This document shows positions 41,402 to 51,177 of a stretch of 64,000 nucleotides of DNA, one piece after another. Every line of letters begins with the position of its first letter. Position 1 is the stretch's first letter. The DNA is taken from positions 149-64,148 of the forward strand of contig JAGQOW010000012.1 in the NCBI GenBank assembly GCA_020427155.1, read 5' to 3'. The notes under the pieces were generated by a model, which searched no databases, was not told the origin of the DNA, and worked only from the letters and a program-made list of their open reading frames with translations. This DNA comes from Planctomycetales bacterium (GTDB taxonomy: Bacteria > Planctomycetota > Planctomycetia > Pirellulales > Lacipirellulaceae). Both the position numbers and the translations under genes were made by a program.

Positions 41402-41489
41402 TTTCCGCGCTCTCCTGCATCCTCGCTCCGCGATTGCAGGCCTGACATTCTAGAACACTACATGAAAGGATTCGTCGTGTTCACCTATC

Positions 41490-42923
41490 TCAGCTGTTGT
41501 TTGGCTCTTTTTCTGGCAAAGAAGTACCGCCCGCGGAAGTAAGCTGCGCGCGCAACTCCGCCACAATGAAAAACGAGCCCGTCACGCAAATCAAATGCTC
41601 AGCCGTAGCAAGCTGTTTCGCCAGCTGCCAGGCATCTGCCGGCAACTCTCGCTCGTAAACTTTGCTGTCGGAATCTGAAAAACCTAGCCGCTCAAACTCT
41701 TTGCGAACTGTTTGTCCAAGTTTCGCGACCGAGACCGCGCGGGGGTTTTCTTGATACTTCGTTACCACTACCTGCTCAAAATGCGGCACGAGTGCTCGGA
41801 CGATTCCTCGGACATCCTTGTCGCGTGAAGCGGCCAACACGAGGACTCGCTGCTTCGACGGATAGCTGGCCTCGAGCGTGTCCACCAACGCTTCCGCCGA
41901 AGCGACGTTGTGGGCTACGTCAACCACTACCGTCGGTCGCTGACCTACAATCTCGAACCTGCCCGGCAGGGTCAGTTCTGCCAGCGCCTGACGGATCGCC
42001 GCCGTGGACACAGGCCATCCTTGCCGCCTCAATTCTGCGATCGTGGCAATCGCCAACGACGCGTTGGCCGCCTGATGCTCACCCCGCAATCGCAGCGGCA
42101 TTCCGACCAACCGCAAGTGTTCCTCGGCACAATCCCCTTCAAAATCCAACCGACCTGACGACCTCTCGCCTGCCTGCGGCGCGCGGTAGCGATGGCGAAA
42201 ATCTCTGCCCGCGCTCAACATGCGGCAGCCATGCTGCTTCGCGATCTCGGCAATCACCTGACGCGGCGCCTGATCCATGTGCCCACACAACACCGGCACT
42301 CCAGGCTTGATGATGCCCGCCTTTTCTGCAGCAATCTCTGGCAGCGTGGTGCCCAATTGCTTGGTGTGATCCAAGCTGATACTGGTGATCACGCTTACGA
42401 TGGGCTGACACACATTCGTCGAGTCGAGCCGACCGCCCAACCCAACCTCGAGCACCGCCACGTCGACTTTTTGCCTGGCAAAGTGCATCAGGGCTATCGC
42501 CGTGGTTAACTCGAAATAGGTCGGTCCCGACGTGTAGTCTGCCGTCGCCGACTCCCGATCCATCGCCTCGACCACTGGACGCAGTTCTTCGACCAGGGCC
42601 ACCAACTCTTCGCCCGAGCACGGCAAGCGGTTGACCGCAAAACGCTCTTCGATCTTTTCCAGATGAGGCGAGCTAAACAGACCCGTCTCGTAGCCAGCCG
42701 CCTGTAACATTGCGGCCACCATCGCCGCAGTCGAGCCTTTTCCCTTGGTGCCGGCTACATGCACGATCGGCATTCCCGCATCAGGATTGCCCAATCGCGT
42801 CAACAGTTGGCGCATCCGATCGAGCTTCAACTGCCGGCGCCCATACGGCACTACCGTGCGCTCATAATTGATGCGCCCCAACAGAAAATCAATCGCCGCC
42901 GCGTAAGCGGATGTCAGGTTCAT
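41490..42923 (-). CDS. folC: folylpolyglutamate synthase/dihydrofolate synthase
   Basis: HVAGTKGKGS, SPHL...ER, TYFE, EVGLGGRLDSTN, DH...LG, PGRFE, DVAHN, TGSF. Confidence 0.96.
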   Translation of the reverse strand: MNLTSAYAAAIDFLLGRINYERTVVPYGRRQLKLDRMRQLLTRLGNPDAGMPIVHVAGTKGKGSTAAMVAAMLQAAGYETGLFSSPHLEKIEERFAVNRLPCSGEELVALVEELRPVVEAMDRESATADYTSGPTYFELTTAIALMHFARQKVDVAVLEVGLGGRLDSTNVCQPIVSVITSISLDHTKQLGTTLPEIAAEKAGIIKPGVPVLCGHMDQAPRQVIAEIAKQHGCRMLSAGRDFRHRYRAPQAGERSSGRLDFEGDCAEEHLRLVGMPLRLRGEHQAANASLAIATIAELRRQGWPVSTAAIRQALAELTLPGRFEIVGQRPTVVVDVAHNVASAEALVDTLEASYPSKQRVLVLAASRDKDVRGIVRALVPHFEQVVVTKYQENPRAVSVAKLGQTVRKEFERLGFSDSDSKVYERELPADAWQLAKQLATAEHLICVTGSFFIVAELRAQLTSAGGTSLPEKEPNNS

Positions 42924-43055
42924 CGAATTCGTTCTACGTCCTACTGTGATAAAACAATACCGCTGTGTATCAGGTGACTCGCAACGGTCTCATCGATCGC
43001 ACATGGGGCTGAGGAGCCGAGACTCGACTCGCGTCCCTAAACCTACAGTCCAAGC

Positions 43056-44105
43056 TCAACCATTCAGCCAGTCATCCAGATTCTTGGCTACCCAATCATC
43101 GTCCCGTAGGTGGCCATAGGCGGCAAGCACCCGATCGATCTCGGCTGCTTGCCCTGGGCCGAGTGTTTCGTCCTCGTCCAAGCACCAGTTGCCGGCCAAC
43201 AGTCCCTGGCGCCGCAACACCTCATGAATTCCTGGCACACAGCCGCTGAAGTCATTGGCCGCGTCGAAGATCGCGGCATTGGCGTCGGTCAATTGCACCG
43301 CCGTAGTCAGCATTTCTGGCGATGCACTACCGCCCGCGGCGACTTGCCGATGACACTCCGCCAGTAGCCCTACAGCCCGCGAAGTCCACACCGCCCACTG
43401 GCCGAGCAAGCCTCCAACAAAACGACGCGCAACAAACTGATTGCCCACCTGAAACGAAAACGGGGTCACCAAATCGAGCACGATGTTGTCGTCGTTGCCC
43501 GTATAGAGAGCAATATCGTCCCTGCCGCTCTCGGCAACCGCTCGCATCACATGCAGCGTAAGATAGCGATTAAACGCCGCCACCTTAATCGCCCGAGCAT
43601 TGTCGATTTCGCAGAAGCCACGCCAGAACTCGATTGGCAGCAGCACGCCACCCACCGCAGGCTGTAAATAGAAACCGAACAGTCCAATCTCCTCTGCAAT
43701 CGCTCGGCAATGGTCAAGCAGCTCAGCAATCGGCGCACCAGGAAACGCTCCCAGATTCACCAACCCCAGTTGGTAGCCCAGTTCACGCGCTAGCCGAGCC
43801 TCACATACCGCCTGTGCCGTCTTGCCACATATTCCCGCCACGCGCACCAAAGGCTCGGCACGTAGTTTCTCCGCACGATTCATCTCCTCGGCAGCCAGTG
43901 TCAGCACTGGCCGGAGCAAACCGCACTTAGGATCGTGGATCCTAAACTGAGTCGTATGCACGCCAACCGCTAATCCACCCGCACCTGCTGCCAGGTAGTA
44001 GCGGCTCAGCGCGCGTTGCCGTCGCTCGTCCAGCTTCCGCTCCGCCGTGAGCGCCAGCGGATGCGCTGGGATCACTGTACCCCGTTGTAACAAATCGTTT
44101 TTCAT
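43056..44105 (-). CDS. DHDPS/N-acetylneuraminate-lyase superfamily aldolase (uncharacterised subfamily)
   Basis: VHTTQF in place of GTTGE; FYLQ (Tyr) and AIKVAAF (Schiff-base Lys); YTGNDD. Confidence 0.85.
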   Translation of the reverse strand: MKNDLLQRGTVIPAHPLALTAERKLDERRQRALSRYYLAAGAGGLAVGVHTTQFRIHDPKCGLLRPVLTLAAEEMNRAEKLRAEPLVRVAGICGKTAQAVCEARLARELGYQLGLVNLGAFPGAPIAELLDHCRAIAEEIGLFGFYLQPAVGGVLLPIEFWRGFCEIDNARAIKVAAFNRYLTLHVMRAVAESGRDDIALYTGNDDNIVLDLVTPFSFQVGNQFVARRFVGGLLGQWAVWTSRAVGLLAECHRQVAAGGSASPEMLTTAVQLTDANAAIFDAANDFSGCVPGIHEVLRRQGLLAGNWCLDEDETLGPGQAAEIDRVLAAYGHLRDDDWVAKNLDDWLNG

Positions 44106-44198
44106 ATTTGCCCTAGAGCTACTGGCACAAAACTTAACTGGGACGATCCTCCAGCGCCGCCAGGTCAGGCACTGAAGTTACAATCAAGTCGCTAATAC

Positions 44199-45227
44199 TC
44201 AAAACTTCCCGTCACGAACCTCGAAATGTGTGGGCTTGTCCCAGGTTTCTCCTCCCTGGGCAATCCAATCGGCTGTCCAGACGATCATCTCGTCGAGTGT
44301 CACCCGAGGACGTCCAAACAGCCGATGAGCAAGGCGAGCGTCGCTCAACAGCGCCGAATCGCTTTCCTCGCCTCGAAAGCTCACCTGCTTATTCATCAAT
44401 TCGCTTAGCCGCAGACAAACCTCGCGGCACGATATCCGCTCCGGCCCCGTCACATTGAGATAAAACGGAGGACTAGTGGCATGCGCCAGACTGCACAACG
44501 CCATACTCACGGCATCCGCTTGCCAGATCACATTAAAAAACCCCGTTGCCAACGAGACGGGTTGCCCGCTCGCAACCTGTCGCGCCAAGTCGACCAACAC
44601 ACCATAGCGAAGCTCTGTCGCATAATTGAGCCGAAAAACCACCATCGGCGTTTTTGTTTCGCGGCTAAAGTATTCGCAGACTCGTTCACGTCCCAAACAG
44701 CTCATTGCGTATTCGCCAACCGGATTCAGCACATCGTTCTCAACCGATCCGCTGCCCGGTTCAATCGGAACCAAACCGTAGACGTTGCCCGTTGAGAAGC
44801 AGACGATGCGACTCCCTGCAAACCGCCGGCAAACCATCCCCGGCAGGTAAGCATTCGTAGCCCAAGTGCGCGCTTCACCCCCGTCGGTGCCAAACTTCAG
44901 CCCCACCATGAAGATCACATTCTCACACTTCGGCAACGACGCAATAAAAGCCTCATCCATCAAGTCGCCCACTATCGTCTCGACTCCCGAATCTGCTAAA
45001 GCAGCCTGAACCTTCGAGTCGCCAAACCGGCTGACCGCAATCACCCGACGTTTCACCCCGGTCGCATCACTCGCCCGCCGTGACATCCGCGCCAACGAGG
45101 GCCCCATCTTTCCGCCGGCGCCGAGCACCAAGATGTCGCCCTTAAGCTCCCCCAAGCTGGTAAGCGTCGCCTCTGAAGGCTCGCTCAATCGGTCTTCCAG
45201 GCTGGCAGTTGTAAAAAAATTGGGCAT
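44199..45227 (-). CDS. NAD-dependent epimerase/dehydratase (extended SDR-like)
   Basis: LGAGGKMG Rossmann motif, FSTGNVY, EYAMSCLGRE (Tyr present, YxxxK Lys not canonical). Confidence 0.85.
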   Translation of the reverse strand: MPNFFTTASLEDRLSEPSEATLTSLGELKGDILVLGAGGKMGPSLARMSRRASDATGVKRRVIAVSRFGDSKVQAALADSGVETIVGDLMDEAFIASLPKCENVIFMVGLKFGTDGGEARTWATNAYLPGMVCRRFAGSRIVCFSTGNVYGLVPIEPGSGSVENDVLNPVGEYAMSCLGRERVCEYFSRETKTPMVVFRLNYATELRYGVLVDLARQVASGQPVSLATGFFNVIWQADAVSMALCSLAHATSPPFYLNVTGPERISCREVCLRLSELMNKQVSFRGEESDSALLSDARLAHRLFGRPRVTLDEMIVWTADWIAQGGETWDKPTHFEVRDGKF

Positions 45228-45252
45228 CGAGCGAGACAGGCCTCCTTAAGGA

Positions 45253-45296
45253 TCACAAGATAACGGCTACTTTGTGAAAACCGTCCTGCATTGTGA
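45253..45296. promoter_or_regulatory. repeated operator TCACAA-N13-TTGTGA-N13-TTGTGA
   Basis: Three copies of one hexamer at a 19-bp period in the 115-bp divergent intergenic region. Confidence 0.5.
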
Positions 45297-45342
45297 TACT
45301 ATCGTAAGTGGTTCCAGTAGCAACATCTAGTATGAGGCAAAG

Positions 45343-45846
45343 ATGAACGACAATCGCAGCAAGCCAACTCAGCCCCTCCGACGCGAAATGATCGGCAGCG
45401 CAATGCTGGGAGTTGCCGGTGGGATTCTCGCCGTGCCCTCGCTATCGGCCATGGCAGCAGAGCCGCAAGGAGTCACGCGCAAGGCGTTGACTCCCCCCGG
45501 GGCGCCGTCTGCCGATGTCGGTTATTCTCCTGCTATTCTTTCTACTGGCCAACAGTTGCTTTTCATCTCGGGGCAAGGGCCGCAGGATTACGACGTCGAC
45601 ATGGAACTGCAAATCAGGCAAACCTTCGATCGCATTGGTCTCCTGCTCGAAGCAGCCGGCGCTTCGTTCGCCAATGTGGTCATCCTGCGTTCCTACTGGG
45701 TGCATCTGCTGCGAGACCTGCCGATCTACCGCAAGGTGCGCAAGGACTACCTGGTGGAGCCCTATCCGGCGTCGACTGCGGTCGGCACCCCAGAACTGGC
45801 TATTCCCGGTCTGGAACTTGAAATCGAAGCCGTGGCTGTTCTTTAG
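45343..45846 (+). CDS. Rid (YjgF/YER057c/UK114) family protein with Tat-like signal peptide
   Basis: YSPA, LFISGQ, LEAAG, PAST, EIEAVA; N-terminal LRREMIG plus hydrophobic stretch plus AMA-A. Confidence 0.88.
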   Translation: MNDNRSKPTQPLRREMIGSAMLGVAGGILAVPSLSAMAAEPQGVTRKALTPPGAPSADVGYSPAILSTGQQLLFISGQGPQDYDVDMELQIRQTFDRIGLLLEAAGASFANVVILRSYWVHLLRDLPIYRKVRKDYLVEPYPASTAVGTPELAIPGLELEIEAVAVL

Positions 45847-45897
45847 CAGTAACCCAGGTAGCTATTTCGTCCATCGTCTCAGTCGGCCCTCGATGCT

Positions 45898-46857
45898 ATG
45901 ACTCACACCCCCAATTTCCCCTCGCGTCGCGCGTTTGTCGGCCAGTCTTTGGCCGCCAGCCTCGCATTCGCGATGCCAACCCGAGCTGCCACTTCCATCG
46001 AATCAGACTACTTCGATATCCATGTCCACCTTACCCAGGGATGGTTTGGCGAAGAGCACGGACCACTGACTGCAGCGCAACTGCTCCGCTGGATGGATGC
46101 CCACCACATCGCCATGGCTGCGGTTCTGCCTCTCGTCTCGCCCGAGGCTTTCTGGTACCCGGTCACAACCGAATACGTACTTCGAGAAACCGCGGCTCAC
46201 CGCGATCGGCTGGTTCCTTTTTGTGCGATCGATCCTCGTGCCCTCACGACACATTTGATCGAAAAGCAACCGCTGGTCGATATGCTCCGCCGATACCGCG
46301 ATGCCGGCGCGTTGGGTTTTGGCGAACATAAGCCGCGCTTGGCCATCGACGATCCGCTCAGCATGCGACTCTACGAGGCCTGCAACGAAGTTCGACTCCC
46401 CGTACTGTTTCATCTTGATAACCAGGCCAACATGGACCGCCCCGGCTTGCCAGGTCTGGCCAAGGTGTTGGGATCGTTCCCCGATCTGGCGTTCATCGGA
46501 CACGGCAAAGGCTGGTGGTCTTCCATCTCCGGCGGCATCACGCAAGCCGATTTGCATGTAGGGTATCCCAAAGGACCGGTTCAGCCTCGGGGAGCGATTG
46601 ATGCTCTGATGGATGAGTTTGCGAATCTCTATGGAGACCTTTCTTCTAGCGGCGCGCATGCGATACTTCGAGATCGTAAGTTTGGAGAAGGGTTCCTCAA
46701 ACGTCGTGCCGAGCAGCTGCTCTTTGGCACCGACTATTACGATCTCACGCAGCGCGACTTTCAGCAGTTCCAGTTGTTCGACGACTTTCAATTACCAGCT
46801 GCCGCAAGACTACAGATCACTCGCGACAATGCCCGACGTCTCTTGGGGCTTACATGA
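45898..46857 (+). CDS. amidohydrolase-2 family metalloenzyme with Tat signal
   Basis: SRRAFV Tat motif; DIHVH, GEHK, FH, GHG, LFGTDY. Confidence 0.88.
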   Translation: MTHTPNFPSRRAFVGQSLAASLAFAMPTRAATSIESDYFDIHVHLTQGWFGEEHGPLTAAQLLRWMDAHHIAMAAVLPLVSPEAFWYPVTTEYVLRETAAHRDRLVPFCAIDPRALTTHLIEKQPLVDMLRRYRDAGALGFGEHKPRLAIDDPLSMRLYEACNEVRLPVLFHLDNQANMDRPGLPGLAKVLGSFPDLAFIGHGKGWWSSISGGITQADLHVGYPKGPVQPRGAIDALMDEFANLYGDLSSSGAHAILRDRKFGEGFLKRRAEQLLFGTDYYDLTQRDFQQFQLFDDFQLPAAARLQITRDNARRLLGLT

Positions 46858-46902
46858 TCTGGCAATCACTCAGGCAACGTAAAACATTCACAGGCAACAA
46901 TC

Positions 46903-48024
46903 ATGAACCAGCAACCAAACCCAACCAGGAACGTATGCGGCAGGCCAAGCGAAACGACCCAGGGACGTGCCACCAGACGTCGCTTCCTGGCCACAGTGGC
47001 TGCGACTTCCACTGCCCTGCTTGAGTCTCGTCTTCACGCAACTGAGGCTTCCGAACGAACCGCTGCACCCGACGACGCCGCACCCCAAGACGTGGCAACC
47101 GACGACATCGCCCAAATCGCAATCACTCTCGACTTGGAAATGTCTCGCAACTTTCCCACTTGGGAAGATACCCGCTGGGATTACGAAAAAGGCAATCTCA
47201 GTGATGCGGCCAAACAATACACCGTCGATGCTTGCCGACGTGTGAAAGAACGCGGAGCGGTCATCCACACCTTCGTCGTGGGACAGGTCTTCGAACAACC
47301 CAACATCGACTGGCTGAAAGAGATTGCTGCCACGGGACACCCCATTGGCAACCATACCTACGATCACGTCTACCTGCTTGCCGATTCCGCCGAGCAGTTG
47401 CAGTACCGTTTTCAACGGGCGCCCTGGCTGTTGCGCAGCCGCAGCGTCGCCGAAGTGCTTCGCGACAATATCAAGCTCACGAACCTCGCTCTCGAGCAGC
47501 GCGTCGGCGTCCAGGCCAACGGGTTCCGTACTCCTGGCGGCTTTGCCAACGGCCTGAACGACCGCGAAGACCTGCAGCAACTTATCCTCGACCTCGGCTT
47601 CGATTGGGTCAGTTGTCGTTACCCGGCCCATGCCGGTATCGAAGACATCCACGGCAGCGACCGACCTCCGTCGCCAGCGGCTTACGAAAACATCGTCGCA
47701 GCTCAAAGCGAAGCGCAGCCGCTTATGTATCCCACTGGCTTGCTCGAGATTCCCATGAGCCCCATCAGCGACATTGGCGCCTTTCGCACCGGACGCTGGA
47801 AACTGCCGTACTTTCTCCAAGCCATCGAGCTGGCAATGCAATGGGCCATCGAAAACCGAGCCGTGTTCGATTTTCTCGCTCACCCTTCCTGCCTGGGTGT
47901 CGTCGATCCTGAGTTCCAGGCCATCGACCTCATTTGCGATCTGGTCGAACAATCCCGAGGGCAGGCCGAGATCGTCTCGCTCGACACGATTGCCCAACGA
48001 TATCGAACGTCTCTAGCCAGGTAA
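46903..48024 (+). CDS. polysaccharide-deacetylase (CE4/NodB-like) protein with Tat signal
   Basis: TRRRFLA; ITLDLE, NHTYDH, FRTPGG, LAHP. Confidence 0.88.
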   Translation: MNQQPNPTRNVCGRPSETTQGRATRRRFLATVAATSTALLESRLHATEASERTAAPDDAAPQDVATDDIAQIAITLDLEMSRNFPTWEDTRWDYEKGNLSDAAKQYTVDACRRVKERGAVIHTFVVGQVFEQPNIDWLKEIAATGHPIGNHTYDHVYLLADSAEQLQYRFQRAPWLLRSRSVAEVLRDNIKLTNLALEQRVGVQANGFRTPGGFANGLNDREDLQQLILDLGFDWVSCRYPAHAGIEDIHGSDRPPSPAAYENIVAAQSEAQPLMYPTGLLEIPMSPISDIGAFRTGRWKLPYFLQAIELAMQWAIENRAVFDFLAHPSCLGVVDPEFQAIDLICDLVEQSRGQAEIVSLDTIAQRYRTSLAR

Positions 48025-48028
48025 GTCG

Positions 48029-51000
48029 ATGAAGCCGTCTCTTCAGCTTGGCTTGTTTTTGATCGCCCTCGGTACCTGCGCGCACCGCGTCCAGGGCCAA
48101 GGCTATTCGCCCCGCGAAGCGGCAGCGAAGATGACCGTGGCCGAGGGGCTACGTGTCAGACTCTTTGCCAGCGAACCAGAAGTTCGTCAGCCGAGCTTCG
48201 TCAAGTGCGACGATCGCGGCCGGCTGTGGACCATCCAGTACCTGCAATACCCCAACCCGGCTGGGCTCGAGCGAGTGCAGGTCGATCGCTGGTCGCGAAC
48301 CGTTTACGACCGCATCCCCCAGCCCCCACCGCACGGCCCCCGTGGGGCCGACAAGATCACCATTCTCGAAGACACCGACCGCGACGGGAAGGCCGACCAG
48401 GTGAAAGACTTCGTCGACGGTTTGAACCTGGTAACCGGCGTCGCTTTCGGTCATGGCGGCGTCTTCGTGCTCAATGCGCCTTACTTGCTGTTCTATCCCG
48501 ATCGCGACCGCAATGATGTGCCCGACGCCGATCCCGAGGTGCTGCTTACCGGCTTCGGCATGGAAGATGCGCAATCGATGTCCAACCACCTGACCTGGGG
48601 CCCCGATGGCTGGCTCTACGGCGTCAATGGCAGCACCACCACCTGCCGGATTCGTGAACTCGAATTCCAGCAAGGAGTCTGGCGCTATCATCCCCACACG
48701 CGCCAGTTTGAGTTGTTCTGCGAAGGCGGCTCCAACTGTTATGGAATCACTTTCGACCAAAACGGCGAACTCTATTACTCGACCAACGGCGGACCCTTTG
48801 TCCACGCCGTCCAAGGGGGTTACTACTTCAAGAGTTTCGGCAAGCACGGCCCGCTCCACAATCTCTACGCTTATCACTACTTTCCCAATCTTACTTGCGA
48901 TCAGGTTCCCGGCGGACCGCCGACCGGAGGCACGATCTATCTGGGGCATTCCTTCCCCCAACTCTATCGCGGCAAGTTCATGGCCGGGAATTTTCTCGGG
49001 CACACCGCCTCTTGGTGGTCTGTCGAACCGCAGGGTAGTACCGTGCAAGCGAAGTTCGGCGCTACGATCTTCGATTCTAACGATACCTGGTTTGGGCCCA
49101 CCGACCTGTGCCTCGGTCCCGATGGCTCGATCTATGTCTGCGACTTCCACGATCAGCGCACCGCGCATCCCGATCCCGACGCCAACTGGGATCGCGAAAA
49201 TGGCCGCATCTACACAATTGAGGCCCACGACGTAAGACCTCAACCTGAATTTGACTTGGCTCGGTTGTCCGCTTCCGAACTCGTCGACCTCTTGTCGCAC
49301 GAAAACTTCTGGTTCCGAGATCGAGCACGCGTCGAGCTTGCCAGTCGTCGCGACGCCTCGGTTACCGCACGGTTGCGCACGATGGCGCTGCAAACCGCCG
49401 ATCCGCAGCTAGCGTTGCAGGGCCTCTGGGCATTTCACTTGACCACCGGGCTCGACGACCCACTGGCTATTGAACTACTCAACCATCCCTTCGAATACGT
49501 AAGATTCTGGACCGTACGCCTGCTCGGAGATCAACGGCACGTCTCGCCACCAGTGGCCCGACCTCTGATTGAACTGGCCGGCAACGAGTCTAGTCCGATC
49601 GTTCGCGCCCAGTTGGCCGCCACTGCCCGGCGACTTCCCGGCTCGGTCGGTTTAGCAATCGCAGGGCAATTGCTTGATGCCCATCCCCAGGAAGCCGACG
49701 AGCGCATTCCTTGGCTTCTCTGGTGGGCCATCGAGGCCAAAGCCATGTCCGACACCGCAACGCTTGCCACAATGTTCGCCTCCGACCAGGCCTGGCAGAA
49801 TCCCGCGCGCCTCGACAACGCTCTGCGACTCGTTCGACGCTACGCTGCAGAAGGCGACAAAGCGGCCGACCAGGCCTGCCTGCAACTACTGACTGCTGCC
49901 CCCGCCGCGCAGCAACTCGCCGCACATCAACATTTGCGATTAGGCTTGGCGGAGCGTACGGCAGGCCTGTCGGAAATCGGTCAAGGAGGGCTCTACCAGC
50001 AGCAGGCTTCGCCTGACGAGCAGACGTCGACGCGCAATTCGCGCCCGTTCGAACCCCTGGCCGCCGAGTTGCGAGCCTACGTCGATCAGCTCTGGAAACA
50101 GCAACCGACTGACCTGTTGCATCTCGAACTGGCCCTGCGCGCCGGCAACTCGCAGGCGCTTCAGTTTCTGATCTCTCGAACCACCCAACTAGCAGACGAC
50201 CCGGAGCGTTTAACGCCGGCATTGAATCTGCTGGGAGAGTTCGGCGACGCCACAACTGCCCTCGTAGTTCTCGGCCTGTTTGAGAATTCGACGACCGACG
50301 AAGTTAGGTTCGCTGCCCTGAACGCCCTGACCCGATGGGAATCGAGCGATGTCACGCAGTCGCTGCTGACCCATTACCCCGGCGCGACTCCCGAGCTCGC
50401 AGCGAGGATACGCGACGTCTTCTTTACCCGCCCACGATCCGCGCTGGAGTTTCTCAAACGCGTCGACGCTGGAGATTTTAATCCGCAGGACGTCCCTCTC
50501 GATCAGCTCCGTCGCTTAGCCGTCCACCGACTGGAATCAATTGACTCGCTCGTACTCAAACATTGGGGCAATATTGGCTCCGGCTCGCCCGAGGAAAAAC
50601 TCGCGACGATGCGACGCTACAACAACGACCTGCGTGCCGCGTCAGGCGATCCGATTCAAGGGAAAGCACTGTTCGCAAAACACTGCGGCATCTGCCACCA
50701 ACTCCACGGCGAAGGACACAAGATCGGACCCGACCTGACGACTGCCAATCGTACCGATCGCGCGGCACTTCTGGCCAATGTCGTCGACCCCAGTGCTGTT
50801 ATTCGTCGCGAGTATCTCAACTATGTCGTGGAAACCAGTTCCGGCAGAGTGCTGACCGGCCTGCTCGCCGAACAAGACGCCGCTTCGGTAACCCTGCTGG
50901 ATGAAAAAAATCAACGCACGAAGGTTCCGCGGGACGAGATCGAAGATCTTCACGAATTGGAAACCTCGCTGATGCCCGAAAAAACTCTTGACGTGCTGAC

Positions 51001-51043
51001 CCCTCAGCAGTTACGCGATCTATTCAGCTACTTGGAGCAATGA
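48029..51043 (+). CDS. PVC-type heme-binding CxxCH protein (beta-propeller dehydrogenase-like, HEAT-like repeats, cytochrome c)
   Basis: Signal peptide; LFASEP, DDRGRLW, LEDTD.DGKAD, WGPDGWLY, GPDGSIYV.D; C-terminal CGICH, IGPDL, SLMPE. Confidence 0.92.
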   Translation: MKPSLQLGLFLIALGTCAHRVQGQGYSPREAAAKMTVAEGLRVRLFASEPEVRQPSFVKCDDRGRLWTIQYLQYPNPAGLERVQVDRWSRTVYDRIPQPPPHGPRGADKITILEDTDRDGKADQVKDFVDGLNLVTGVAFGHGGVFVLNAPYLLFYPDRDRNDVPDADPEVLLTGFGMEDAQSMSNHLTWGPDGWLYGVNGSTTTCRIRELEFQQGVWRYHPHTRQFELFCEGGSNCYGITFDQNGELYYSTNGGPFVHAVQGGYYFKSFGKHGPLHNLYAYHYFPNLTCDQVPGGPPTGGTIYLGHSFPQLYRGKFMAGNFLGHTASWWSVEPQGSTVQAKFGATIFDSNDTWFGPTDLCLGPDGSIYVCDFHDQRTAHPDPDANWDRENGRIYTIEAHDVRPQPEFDLARLSASELVDLLSHENFWFRDRARVELASRRDASVTARLRTMALQTADPQLALQGLWAFHLTTGLDDPLAIELLNHPFEYVRFWTVRLLGDQRHVSPPVARPLIELAGNESSPIVRAQLAATARRLPGSVGLAIAGQLLDAHPQEADERIPWLLWWAIEAKAMSDTATLATMFASDQAWQNPARLDNALRLVRRYAAEGDKAADQACLQLLTAAPAAQQLAAHQHLRLGLAERTAGLSEIGQGGLYQQQASPDEQTSTRNSRPFEPLAAELRAYVDQLWKQQPTDLLHLELALRAGNSQALQFLISRTTQLADDPERLTPALNLLGEFGDATTALVVLGLFENSTTDEVRFAALNALTRWESSDVTQSLLTHYPGATPELAARIRDVFFTRPRSALEFLKRVDAGDFNPQDVPLDQLRRLAVHRLESIDSLVLKHWGNIGSGSPEEKLATMRRYNNDLRAASGDPIQGKALFAKHCGICHQLHGEGHKIGPDLTTANRTDRAALLANVVDPSAVIRREYLNYVVETSSGRVLTGLLAEQDAASVTLLDEKNQRTKVPRDEIEDLHELETSLMPEKTLDVLTPQQLRDLFSYLEQ

Positions 51044-51177
51044 CAGCAGAGACCAAAGTATTCGTTGCCGAACAGCGCTGCCCCGTAGACGTTCCGTTTT
51101 CACTCTCGGAGCCGACCCGAGCAATCGCATCACCTGCAAACCCGTCCTACCACAATCCAAGAAAGGCATAGCCCGAG

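Noticed and set aside
43056-44105. Call as dapA
   Set aside because: It lacks GTTGE and the lysine-pathway context; it belongs to a different subfamily.
46888-49393. Long antisense ORFs (369 aa and 414 aa)
   Set aside because: They mirror well-supported + strand genes, which is expected with this codon bias.
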